A DNA stretch of 64,000 bases, taken from Trichoplax adhaerens (lineage: Eukaryota; Animalia; Placozoa). Numbering within the stretch: position 1 is the first letter of the stretch; the number at the start of each line of letters is the position of its first letter. Below the pieces are notes generated by a model. That model worked only from the letters and a program-made list of their open reading frames with translations. It searched no databases and had not been told where the DNA came from. Below, in pieces: positions 14,689 through 33,853 of this stretch. Where the stretch lies: NCBI RefSeq assembly GCF_000150275.1, contig NW_002060945.1:1616199-1680198 (forward strand), read 5' to 3'. A program made the translations under genes and the position numbers.

Positions 14689-17600
14689 ATGAAAGCCCGC
14701 ATGAGAATATCATCTTGTAATTATACTTGGCTCTATCTTACTCTGCTGCAAATCTTTGTCTACGCTATTACCTGTAGCAATGGCTTAGGATGCCCTCATT
14801 GCAATCGCCAGAAGTGTAAATACCCCACTAATTGTCCCGGTGGCTTAACTTACGAACCATATTGTGGATGTTGCTTAGTTTGTGCAAAGGTACTTGGAGA
14901 ATCGTGTGGTGGACCATGGGGATCTTCGGGTCATTGTGACAAAGGCTTAGAATGTTATATCAGCCCATTCGCATATACTAAAGGTTCATCAATCGGAGTT
15001 TGCCGACGTAAGTTGTCTTATTGAAAAAGTAGGAATTGAAAATTAGATTATTAATAATTTTAGGGGGAGTTTTATGTTCTAAATAAAAGTACCACACTTT
15101 TCATTTTACTTCCTATTTATTTTGTATGGTATCGAGTACTTGTATAGCTATAGGTACGGCACAAAGCTATCAAGTGGCAAGGGATTAAAAAGTTTTAATA
15201 TTCCATAATCACTAGGTCTGACTTAAGCATATTATGGTCGAGTTTAGATCGTAATCTATTTAATATCAGATAGGATTTTTTACAAATTTATATATGTAGA
15301 ATAATCATTGTAACCATTTATACGAAGATAGTTTGTGAAGATGGTGAAAAATTTTCTTCAATTCGTTGTAACCGTTCAAATATGTCTCTCTAGCACTAGA
15401 AAATAATTGCAATATTATGTAATATAGCGCTACATGGGCACTACCATCTCACTAAGTTAGATGTAAACAAAGTAGAATACGGGTATGGCTATTTTTGGTA
15501 TCTTTGTTTGCTTATGGCCCTTTTCTATGAGGGGTGTAAACATTAGTAGTGCTTTCTGGGATTAATAAGTAAACTTGTAGCTTAGGTAGAAGAAATTTAG
15601 GTTCCAATCGTTAAAATTAGTTATCCGATTGTAATGTCCCCTACTAAATCAGATCACTAAATCATATCATGATTTATTTCTGCAGTTCTATATAATCAGA
15701 TGGTTGATGAATCACTAGATGATGAATTAAAAACACAAATGTAAAAATATCGCTGAGTCTATAAAATTTTTCTAGTTAAATATCAACACTGACCAGACAT
15801 CACCACATTTCCTAATTTAATTTAGGTTGCACATTCCAATTGTCAATGAACCCTAGATTAACGTGATGTAGCAGTTTAATTGCCCTATATCTAACTAACT
15901 GAATTTTAATTTAAGCGTGCTATAGAAAGTATTAATATCTAACAATTTCATTTGTAAGAATGCAAATGAGCCCACCTAAGTTAATTAGTTAAAAGCTTCA
16001 TGCTGCTTAATAATCGGATGAAAGTATAAACTATAAGGGTTGGTCAAGAGAAGTAGCAGAACAATAATATTAGTCGTTATTCGTGGTGTGATTACATCAA
16101 ATAGTTTTAATCTTTTAAGGTTGTATTTACCAGAGCTACTGGTCGTGGATCTTTCATATAACATTCACCTTTCTATTTTCGAAAGTTAAAACAATAATAT
16201 GATGGATAGTATTTTTCTCCAATAATCTCCATCAACTTGAAATTTTTCCAACTTTTTTTATTAACAATACATTGATTTATATAGATGTTTTATATTTACA
16301 GCACGTGCCACATTAGTAAGAGTTTAAGCGATAATTTAGCAAATTATCTTTTTCCAACTAATAACACCTATTAATGCTAGGGCTACCCGTTATGTTGCAT
16401 ATAATGAAAATTATAGTGGCTACAGTATACCATAGATCGTAGGTCTTGGCTTTGACAAGGGCAAATTTATTACCAATCCTAGAGTGATTTTATTATGCTT
16501 CAACTGCATGCATATCATTAATTCACTATTTTGTCCGTTATTTTTCCACTTATACAGTAGCTCACCTGGATAGGCTGTTTGTAATTGGCAAGTATTGTCT
16601 AGTATAGTGTTATTAAATAATTGCGGGCCGTGTGTCGAAGCTCTTTATGGATAAAAGATTATCTACGACATACTGAGGTAATTAAAATCATATTATTAAT
16701 TATCAGCTATAATCCATGCCGCTATCTCGGCGCTAGATTCTTCTATACCGTTAATTAGTTTAAAAATAACAAAAGAATTCCATCGCTGATGCCTTAAAGC
16801 ACGAATAACCTTTTAGTAGATGTAAAATTTCATCGATTAATGAGCTACTTCTAACTTTCTAGGATAAGATATTAGCAGGCTCGTTGCTTAAACTATATCA
16901 TCATACAGTATGTACGAAGTTCATAGGCATCTGCCATTAAACTGCATTACTTGGGGGTGTTGTTTGGATTCGCCATTGGAAGTATTAATTTATTACTGAT
17001 GAACTATTTACACGAGATTGTTGAATACGTAAATACATGAAAATCTTCACTTACATTGCAAAGTGAAGCTTTTAGATAAAACAACAAACAGTGTCTATAT
17101 ACGGCGTAGATATACATTATGGTCAATTTTGAGTTAGCTGATGTGTATGAAGATAGCAGACCGATTGCAGAGCAGTAAAATCCATTTTTAATGACATAAC
17201 AAATGTGGAAAATTAGCATCAATTCGGCCTAGCTCTTTTGTTTGAAACCATGATAGCAGCTTATTTAGGGCTCATGTGAAGCTCTACGGTATGCTATGGC
17301 ATTTATTAGATGATCACTCGATAAGGCCTATGTAACACTATATTCTAATTTCGTTCCTAAGATTGTACATCACATTCGCTCATGGCTATACGATTTAAAC
17401 AATTAATTTGATCCTCTCATAATTGCTCACAAAAAGGATTGCTATACAATTAGAAGTAATCACGCATCATCAGTTTATATGGATACTATTTATAATCTCT
17501 CTTTACGGCGTAAGTCTTAATATTAAAGCATCGATTCTTAAACATACCGCAGATATACCTGTCAGTGGATACGCTGCTGCACCGACATTTTCTACCTGTA

Positions 17601-18208
17601 GACCGGCTTGTACTCCAGAATATTGCATGAAAGATCATACAGCAATCTGCTCTGCAACGTAAGTGCAATACAAAAATAGCTAACGATAGGCTCTAATATT
17701 ACAGTAAAGCACTGAACCTCTAACTAGTCAATTTCCTGCTAAAAATATCACAATATTCTATGATAGATAATTTTTCTATTTTATTTTTTCAAGTAATAAT
17801 GCTATAGAGATCAAAACTTGTAGAGGTGGATGTCAACATACTAGTTGTGATGCATGCAGCTATATTCCAGTCTGCCATAAATGTGCAGTGGATGATTTTA
17901 AATGTTTGAAACGTTATGGTCGATGTCTTAAACGTAAACGATGCAATCGAAGTACATTTCCGTGTCCAGCGTCTCAGAAGGTTAGAATATTTCGATTGGA
18001 TAGCAATTTATAATATGTTGATGATTGCAAATTCCCATTCAAGTTGTACCAACGTTATATCTTTACATTTGTTTTTGTCGCTGAATAGGGATCTTCTAAC
18101 ACATATCATAAAATGAAACATGGAATATTTCAATGTGGTGTCCCTGATTGTATTCCGATAACAGAAGCTCCAACGAATGCTACAGCAACTGTGACTACTG
18201 ATGGTTGA
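14689..18208 (+). CDS. Secreted cysteine-rich protein: signal peptide + IGFBP N-terminal (CRIM1/IGFBP7-like) domain + uncharacterised 16-Cys domain, ~243 aa
   Basis: Exons 14689-15007, 17553-17658, 17794-17980 and 18089-18208 splice in phase (732 nt). Exon 1 has a signal peptide and CPHC..KC..NCPGG..YCGCCLVCAKVLGESCGG..HCDKGLEC..GVC, the IGFBP-N pattern. The link from exon 1 to exons 2-4 rests on phase compatibility only. Confidence 0.75.
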
Positions 18209-19166
18209 GAAATCGTTCCCGGCATTCTTGAAAAATATTTTCCGTGACTGAATATAATAAGTAACGTAAATAAGATAAGTAAATAAAACTGCGGTATAAA
18301 ATTTGGCTCACTAGTTCATTGGTTCGATCTATTGGGCCAAACTTGGCGTAGCTATCTAAAATTCATAGCAATTATTAAAGCTAAATATGAATACGAGTAA
18401 ATTATAAAAAACGACAATACTCACTTTACTAAAAAGAAATAATTTTTATTGGAAAGCTTATTTTCGGATAACTGGGATGTAAAGCTTCAGCTAAAATTAG
18501 CTAACTATCAATCTCTCCGATTAAAAATATACTTGTATAACTACTACAAAAGTAGGGATACAGCGCTACATACTGTTATCCATAATAATACGATGATAAC
18601 AAAGTAAATAACAGCCGCTTACTTTTAAAAGTATCCTATTTCTAAGTCATCTAATTAAAACGAAATATTAGCTATTAATACTAGGTAGAAATATAATACT
18701 GTAATGAGTTGGTGACTTCAGAAAATTTGTCTCATGCAATTAGCATAGCTCGTTCGTCGTCAACGAGAGTATATTTTCTGCAACTTTTATTCTCTGCATA
18801 TATAATTATCGATATCGTAATAGCATTTAGCAAAAAAGATTTTATAGAATAAAACCTCTTTATTTGCTAACGTTTCTTATACGCAACTGCACAATAATTC
18901 GCCTATTGGGATAGGTACCTTTATACAATATATTAAACGTTACAATTGTATGTAATGGCTTATAATTTACAGTTAATAAAAGAATTTCTTCAATGTCTTT
19001 GCCTAAAACTAAGGCTTCAATAAGGTCATAGGGTGTGGTAAATCAAAATATACATGGACATAGAGTAACGGCTTATACCTTAACATAATAGATTCTTATG
19101 GTATTTAATTCAAAAATAGTGAATTGCTTGAGGGCCTTAGAACGGTTACTTCATTACCGTCAGTAA

Positions 19167-22988
<3,822 letters not shown>

Positions 22989-23704
22989 GATTAAGTGTTT
23001 GTATGCAGTATCAATGACTCGACACGACAGAGCTAGTAGCCAGTTCGAGTCTGTCCGTACTGGCTTGGAGTCTTCCATTGGTATCAAATGTATTTTACTA
23101 TAGACATTACTTTACCACACTCCACATCGAACTAGCCATTGCCATGGTTATGTGTCAGCCTGTATTGTCTTACTATGCAATCCAGTACTGTGGTTACAGG
23201 GGGCATAGTATATGACACTCTAGTACTCTGAACAGTAGTAAATACGCCTACTGAACTGTGTCTGTACCACTTGATTTGGTGTACAGTATAGAAAATGCGT
23301 CTTAGCCGTAGCCATTTTGCAGAAGATTGCATAAATTACTTTGTCAATCGAATAATATATCTGTAGGACTGCTTTAAAAGGTAGCATACAAAGTAATTTA
23401 TGCAAAACGCCTAGACCTAGTGGCTCTCTTTTCCTCTAGTAAAGTTAAGGAGAGGCTGAGCTGGGAAAGAGTCGTTCAGTCTAATACCGGACCGATTATT
23501 TGGATGGTCCGTTGAGCTCTGCAACGACTGTACTATCAATAATTTGTCATTAGAATGACCAGAAAAATGATCAAGCTCCGCATTTTCTTCCTCTGAGTGG
23601 GTACTTCTTGTCCCTCATTCAATTCACTAGTAAAATAAAAGAAATGTCAAACTCACTCTAGTCCTTTCCAGTAAAAGTCCCACACTATTCATCGGCCATG
23701 AAAT

Positions 23705-24368
23705 GTAACCATCTACACTACAGCAAATAGGACAGACCTGATAGAATTAGGAATACGAAAGCACTGCACTTCCAAGAAGCGACAGACGGCAATTTTGTAG
23801 TCATTGTATCCGATCAAAGGCTATCAAGTAGCAACGATTGTAATATTGGAGATCAAAATTGCAGATGGAGGAATGCACTCTTTCTATTTTTTATCCATTT
23901 GTGATATATTGTGGCACCATTTGTGTGCTTGTAACCATCTCCTGCTCTGTACTGTAAACACAGTATATATAGTACAGCCAAATGAGGCTATAGACAGCAA
24001 TCTTGTAGTCATTCTATCCCATCAAAGGCTACCCAAGTAGCAACGATTGCAATATTATGGATCAAAATTATAGATACAAGAGTGCATTCTTTCTTTCTCT
24101 CTATTTTGGATCCATTTGTGTGCTTGTAAAAGTAACCATCTACCGTAAACACACTACAGCAAAATGAGACACCTGATATACTGTAGATAGCACTGACTCG
24201 CTATACGAAAGCACTGTTCTTCCAAGAGGCGACAGACGGCAATCTTGTAGTCATTCTATCCGATCAAAGGCTATCAACTAACAACGATTGCATTATTGTA
24301 GTCTACAAGGAATGCATTCCTTCTTTCTCTCTATTTTTTGTTCCATTTGTGGCACAATTTAGGTGCTT
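23705..24368. repeat. Three imperfect tandem copies of a ~200-235 bp unit in the CDK7/ESCO spacer
   Basis: Units start GTAACCATCT at 23705, 23931 and 24132. Each has a close variant of GCAATCTTGTAGTCATTCTATCCGATCAAAGGCTATCAAGTAGCAACGATTG. Confidence 0.9.
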
Positions 24369-24428
24369 ATTGCAGTTCTTGGAGATGATGTTTTTGCATG
24401 TACGCCTGCGTGGACATTTGCATAAACG

Positions 24429-24450
24429 CCGCGAAAAATGGCCTTTAAAT
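24429..24450. promoter_or_regulatory. Candidate E2F site plus CHR-like element upstream of ESCO
   Basis: CCGCGAAAA (reverse complement TTTTCGCGG, E2F-like), then AAAATGGC (YY1-like) and TTTAAA (CHR-like), ~460 bp upstream of a cell-cycle gene. Function is inferred. Confidence 0.3.
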
Positions 24451-24908
24451 TATACATTTCAATAGCTAGGCCTGACCAGGTGATGGATGCTGTTGACTGT
24501 GTCCATTAATCCATTAATGCTAAGCCAGTTTTTCGAGCTAAGAAACTACGGTTAATTCGGCACTACAACTGACTACTGTCCACCCATTTCACCTAATCAG
24601 AATGGCCTGTCTATCCCCAGTCTTGTCACAGGCAAAACAGACACCCTAACTCTAATACACTTTACTCGACGTGCTTTCGAACGCCGTAGAGTCCTTAGCG
24701 TCTAGAAAGTCCACTTTGCGTCTAGTTTCTCTACCCTAGACTCAGGCCATTCTCCCTCTCGAGATCATCGTGACGTCAAGTTGTCCTTCCTTCTCATAGG
24801 CTGAAGAGTGTAAATAGCTTATCCAGGCATAGAATTTGTATAGAGAATCCAATCATTAAGCCAGTAATAGCTCCCCCTTGTAATTGATTTTCATTAAGGT
24901 CAGAAAAT

Positions 24909-25886
24909 ATGAGCTCCAATCTATCTTATTTTCCTATCTTTCAACGTAGTAAATTATCCGATGTGGAGTTACAGTTATGTGGTCAAGTAAGACGGCTAGG
25001 GAATACAACAACAGGTGGCTTTCATGGTAGAACTAAACCTCGTCATAAGCGATGGCGAAATCGATATCGTGGTGTTAGGCGGCAAAATGAAAATTCAAAA
25101 CGTGGCGGCAATCTATTGAAACAAATGTACTTAGATTTAGGCCAGAAAAAAATCGGTCATACAACTTGTGCTGTCTGTGGAATGGTCTATACTATTGGCG
25201 AGCCGGATGACGAAGATGCACATCGGTTATTTCATGAGCGATTTATAAGTGGTATCCGATTTGTAGGATGGAAAAATGAGCATGTTGTTGCTCGATACTT
25301 GGATGGTAGGGTTATTATGGTCTTACCGACAGATCATCCTTCTCGTGTTAAGAAAGTCTTGGAGATTAAAGCTTTAATTGATGATCAATTAGGGATACCA
25401 AATCAAGCGAAAGAAACACAACATTGGGATTGTAAAACACTACTCTTTATTTCTAATACTAAAACTGTAGCAGGCTGCTTAATCGCTGAAGAAGCGGACA
25501 AAGCTCGACGCTTGTTACCATCCAAAGTTAACAAGAATAATAATAATAGTCGTCGTCGAACAGTAGCAAGTAAACCTTCATCGCAAGGCGGTAAGAAAGG
25601 CAGACGTATCAACAAATATTCTGCTGATGCGGTATGTTCCAATTTACCGGATTGGTGTTCTGATGAGGAATTTCCTGTCATATGTGGTGTTAGTCGTGTA
25701 TGGGTCGATGCACGACATCGTCGAAGTAAAATTGCCACTAGAATGATGGATTGTTTATTAAATAACTTTGTCTACGGCCATGCTATGGAGAAGTCAGAGA
25801 TTGCTTTCTCTGCTCCTACTGCCGATGGTAACGCATTTGCCAATCATTATTTTCAATCTACTTCTTATTTGGTTTATCATAAGTAA
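24909..25886 (+). CDS. ESCO2: Eco1/ESCO-family cohesin (SMC3) acetyltransferase, single coding exon, 325 aa
   Basis: PIP-like KQMYLDLGQK; C2H2 zinc finger CAVCGMVY..DEDAHRLFH; FVGWKNEHVV; GNAT motifs ICGVSRVWV..RRSKIATRMMD and IAFSAPTADG. ESCO1 and ESCO2 cannot be told apart. An upstream exon cannot be excluded (acceptor-like TTAAG just 5' of the ATG). Confidence 0.9.
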   Translation: MSSNLSYFPIFQRSKLSDVELQLCGQVRRLGNTTTGGFHGRTKPRHKRWRNRYRGVRRQNENSKRGGNLLKQMYLDLGQKKIGHTTCAVCGMVYTIGEPDDEDAHRLFHERFISGIRFVGWKNEHVVARYLDGRVIMVLPTDHPSRVKKVLEIKALIDDQLGIPNQAKETQHWDCKTLLFISNTKTVAGCLIAEEADKARRLLPSKVNKNNNNSRRRTVASKPSSQGGKKGRRINKYSADAVCSNLPDWCSDEEFPVICGVSRVWVDARHRRSKIATRMMDCLLNNFVYGHAMEKSEIAFSAPTADGNAFANHYFQSTSYLVYHK

Positions 25887-27440
25887 CATGGTTGTTTCAA
25901 CAATCATCTACGGTAAATTCGTAGTTACTGTCGAGTTGAACTCGGAAGGCGCTTTCCCGATCTGAACGATCAGGATACAGTGCTATCATATTATATTAGC
26001 GTTGGTAACAGTCTTCAAATTACCTCGCACTTAGTGCGTTCTCTACTGTTATATGAATGAATATATAAAAATTAGCCTTATTCTTTATATGTAAAATTGG
26101 GTGCTTTTATGGTGATGTTTTTTCTTTTAATTCTTAAAATTTAGCTAGACTAATAGAGTACTTGTTGTTGATAGTTATGGGATCGTTTTTGGATCCTACA
26201 TTGATCCGGATCTCTTGTAGCTTTTGCAGCTAAAACTTATAGTACCCAAACCCACTAGATAAATTCTGGAGATGATATCCTTGTAAATACGCGTATATAG
26301 TATACAGAATCTACTAGAAAGTATCCTTGATTGATTCACCTTTAACTTTGCTTGACGTAACAGATTGTAGTACATCACTGCTGTTTTGATGTTACAGATC
26401 TTCCAATTTAATTACTGATTCTGTCAATCATTAAATAAGGAAGGTATCTTAACTTTCTTGTTTCGTACTTTTCTGGTTTTTGCTAGCCTCAACTAAATTA
26501 ATGAATATCTACTGAGTAAAAAGAGAGTGTAGACGCAGGATAACTGGTAATTGATCCCTTGTAAATGCAATTAATATCTGTAATTACTGCTAATACTGGA
26601 TGATGACAGATTTAGCTATTTTGGGTCTCTGGTAAATGATTCAATGTAGACTAAATTATATAGTTATTTCAGATGATTGCCGCCAATTCAATAAATAAAA
26701 ATTTCGATTAATGCAGTAGTTCCACATAACTGAACGAAAATCGCTTGATGATTCAGAAAATGGCTAATAGTAGACTTATAATTAGCCTCTAAACGATATC
26801 TTAAAGACACGCTTTCAGTAGTTATGAATTGTGTGTTACTCGAAAATGAACGATTAAAAGTTAATCTTGAGATTCTCGTCCTTTATTACTGGGACATAAC
26901 GACTGCAGCTTGGATTACTTTATGTCCCAATTATAAAACTTTAAAATCACATTCAATAATTTCTCGGTCATTGGGTATATACTATATACCCACAATCACT
27001 TGTCTACAATATCAATAGGTATCATAATGTTTCACCGTGAAGAAAATCACAAGCATAATGGTAAAATTCTCCTTCAAAATAAAATATGGCCATCATTCCA
27101 ACTCATACTCTTACGCATGTCAGTTCCAAATTCCAATAAACTGTACTTGATATATTCGGGCATAAAAGAAAAACCCGTCATACAACATCGCTACTTCAGA
27201 ATTAAAATTAAAACTTTTCAAGGTAGATTTTAAAATCTTTGATAAAAATAAAACAAATAATAAGCTAAGCGCTAAGGAATTTAAATAATGGTTTTTTATT
27301 AAGCAGATTATATATTAGTAGTCTTTAAGGCTAATTTTATGTCATCACGAAGCTGATATGATATTTATAAAAGACGAATATGAAGTAAGCTGATACGAAA
27401 ATCGGTAAACCAATATCGTAACAGTATTTTCAAACTAGCC

Positions 27441-31666
<4,226 letters not shown>

Positions 31667-32122
31667 GATTGAAAGTTGAGTTTGCTTGATTTTTGCGACG
31701 TTTTCTTCTAACTGGTGGATTGGAGCGTATAGTCACTGATACCTACAGTAGGCTAGAACAGGAGAATGTTGAACAGAGTGGAGACTAATAAGTTGGATAA
31801 ATAGTTAATTAATTAATTCGGAATTAATCACCCGATCTGGTCTGAGGTATATTTACCTACTGTACAGTGTACAGTACAGTACAGTACAGTGCAAAAAGCG
31901 TCTCTGAACTCTAGAGGGACAAGGCAAAAACAATCTCTAGGGATTGACCGAATGAATTGTACTGTACACTGTTCACTTGTCCAATCACCAGCTGGCATCA
32001 ACAGGTCAGTACTGTAGAGTTGTACTGTACACTGTACACTAGTGAGTTGTCCGCTTGGCCACTGCAATAGAAAGAAAGAAAGCGTGTTATTACGTTTGAT
32101 GGACACTTTGCCCTATGTAGCT

Positions 32123-33215
32123 TTCCACTCTCGATCTGGCAAGGTTCAATCTTTCCAGCTGTTGGTGCAGTAGTATTTTGGAATACTGTCAATTATGCTG
32201 CAAATGAATTGAAATCATTGCATGCTACTGCACTAAAATTCCCTCCTTGTTAGACTGTAGAGTAGTACTCATATGTGGGTTTCCAGTGTCGATCTGGCAA
32301 GGTTCAATCTTTCCAGCTGTTAGTGCAGTTACTGCAGTAGTATTTTTGAATACTGTCAATGAGTGCATGCTGCAAATAAATTGAAATCATTGCATGCTAC
32401 TGCACTAAATTACCTCCTTGTTAGACTGTAGAGTAGTACTTACATGCCAGTTTCCCACTGCCGATCTACCAGGGTTGAGGGTTTTCACCTTTTAGTACAG
32501 TAGTATTCTTGAATACTGTTAACCATACTGCAAATGAATTGAAATCATTGCATGCTACTGCACTAATTTACCTCCTTGTTAGACAGTAGAGTAGTACTCA
32601 TATGTGGGTTTCCACTGCCGATCTACCAGAGTTGAGGGTTTCCACCTTTTAGTACAGTAGTATTTTTGAATACTGTTAACCATACTGCAAATGAATTGAA
32701 ATCATTGCATGCTACTGCACTAAATTCCCTCCTTGTTAGAATGTAGAGTAGTACTCATATGTGGGTTTCCACTGCCGATCTACCAGAGTTGAGGGTTTCC
32801 ACCTTTTAGTACAGTAGTATTTTTGAATACTGTCAATTATACTGCAAATGAATTGAAATCATTGCATGCTACTGTACTAAAATTCCCTCCTTGTTAGAAT
32901 GTAGAGTAGTACTCATATGTGGGTTTTCCAGTGTCGATCTGGCAAGGTTCAATCTTTCCAGCTGTTAGTGCAGTAGTATTTTTGAATACTGTCAATTATA
33001 CTGCAAATAAATTGAAATCATTGCATGCTACTGTACTAAAATTCCCTCCTTGTTAGAATGTAGAGTAGTACTCATATGTGGGTTTTCCAGTGTCGATCTG
33101 GCAAGGTTTAATGTTTCCAGCTGTTAGTGCAGTAGTATTTTTGAATACTGTCAATACTGTCAATCATACTGCCAATGAATTAAAATCACTGCATGCTACT
33201 GTACTAAATTCTCTC
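32123..33215. repeat. Tandem array of 7 x ~158 bp with two subtypes, between ALDH7A1 and ThrRS
   Basis: The anchor CGATCT falls at 32132, 32290, 32462, 32619, 32776, 32935 and 33094 (periods 158, 172, 157, 157, 159, 159). Confidence 0.95.
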
Positions 33216-33593
33216 CTATGTATATAATTATCATTCATCAGTAAGCCTCCCTGAATTATTAAATAATTGCAAATCGGAAAGACAGTGTGTTATTAGATGT
33301 AAAATATGGCAGTAGTCAAGAACCCTTTGGTGAAACGCTGTTAATCATCCAAAATACAGCAGCTTTAATTTCACTATTTAGTGGTAAACGTTGTAGTTAT
33401 TTACTGTCGTTATTAATTCGGTTTAGTGTAGGTAAAACCATGTACTGTCCGCATCCATACCATACAATCAGTAGCTGATAGTACAAGGTTTAGTTCTGGT
33501 TGCAAACTAAACCAAGATTTTTTAGCAATTAAATCCAAACCAACTAATTTACTCGTGTAGCCTATGCTGAAGAATAGTTGGAGGGGCTGCAAG

Positions 33594-33605
33594 AACATGG
33601 CCGCC
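33594..33605 (+). promoter_or_regulatory. YY1-like site upstream of ThrRS
   Basis: AACATGGCCGCC resembles the YY1 consensus (AANATGGCGGC), ~250 bp before the ATG. Confidence 0.35.
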
Positions 33606-33853
33606 TCGCCTAGCGCTTTTCGCCAGTATAGTGTTCTACAATTCTACCAGTACAAGGTATTATACAGTACTTACGGCACTGTATGGGGTACACCCATCCT
33701 GTACAGTACAGTATAGATCTATAGAAATCAATCAATAACTTACATAACTGCTATACTAAAACTAGTAATAATATGCTGCAGTGGTGTACCTCTCATCTTG
33801 CTGCATCAAGTACGAGAAGTAATTGGTGCCCACTCTGCAGCTAAAGGCGCGTT

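Noticed and set aside
25403-25738. 111-aa antisense ORF
   Set aside because: Shadow of the ESCO CDS with no recognisable motifs.
26196-27233. Small ORFs between ESCO and ALDH7A1
   Set aside because: Short, AT-rich, without homology cues or a consistent splice chain.
32123-33215. Array as CRISPR, tRNA/SINE cluster or hammerhead retrozyme
   Set aside because: There are no unique spacers. GGTTCAATC is only partly B-box-like, is absent from subtype B, and has no A box or cloverleaf. No hammerhead CUGANGA/GAAA core was found.
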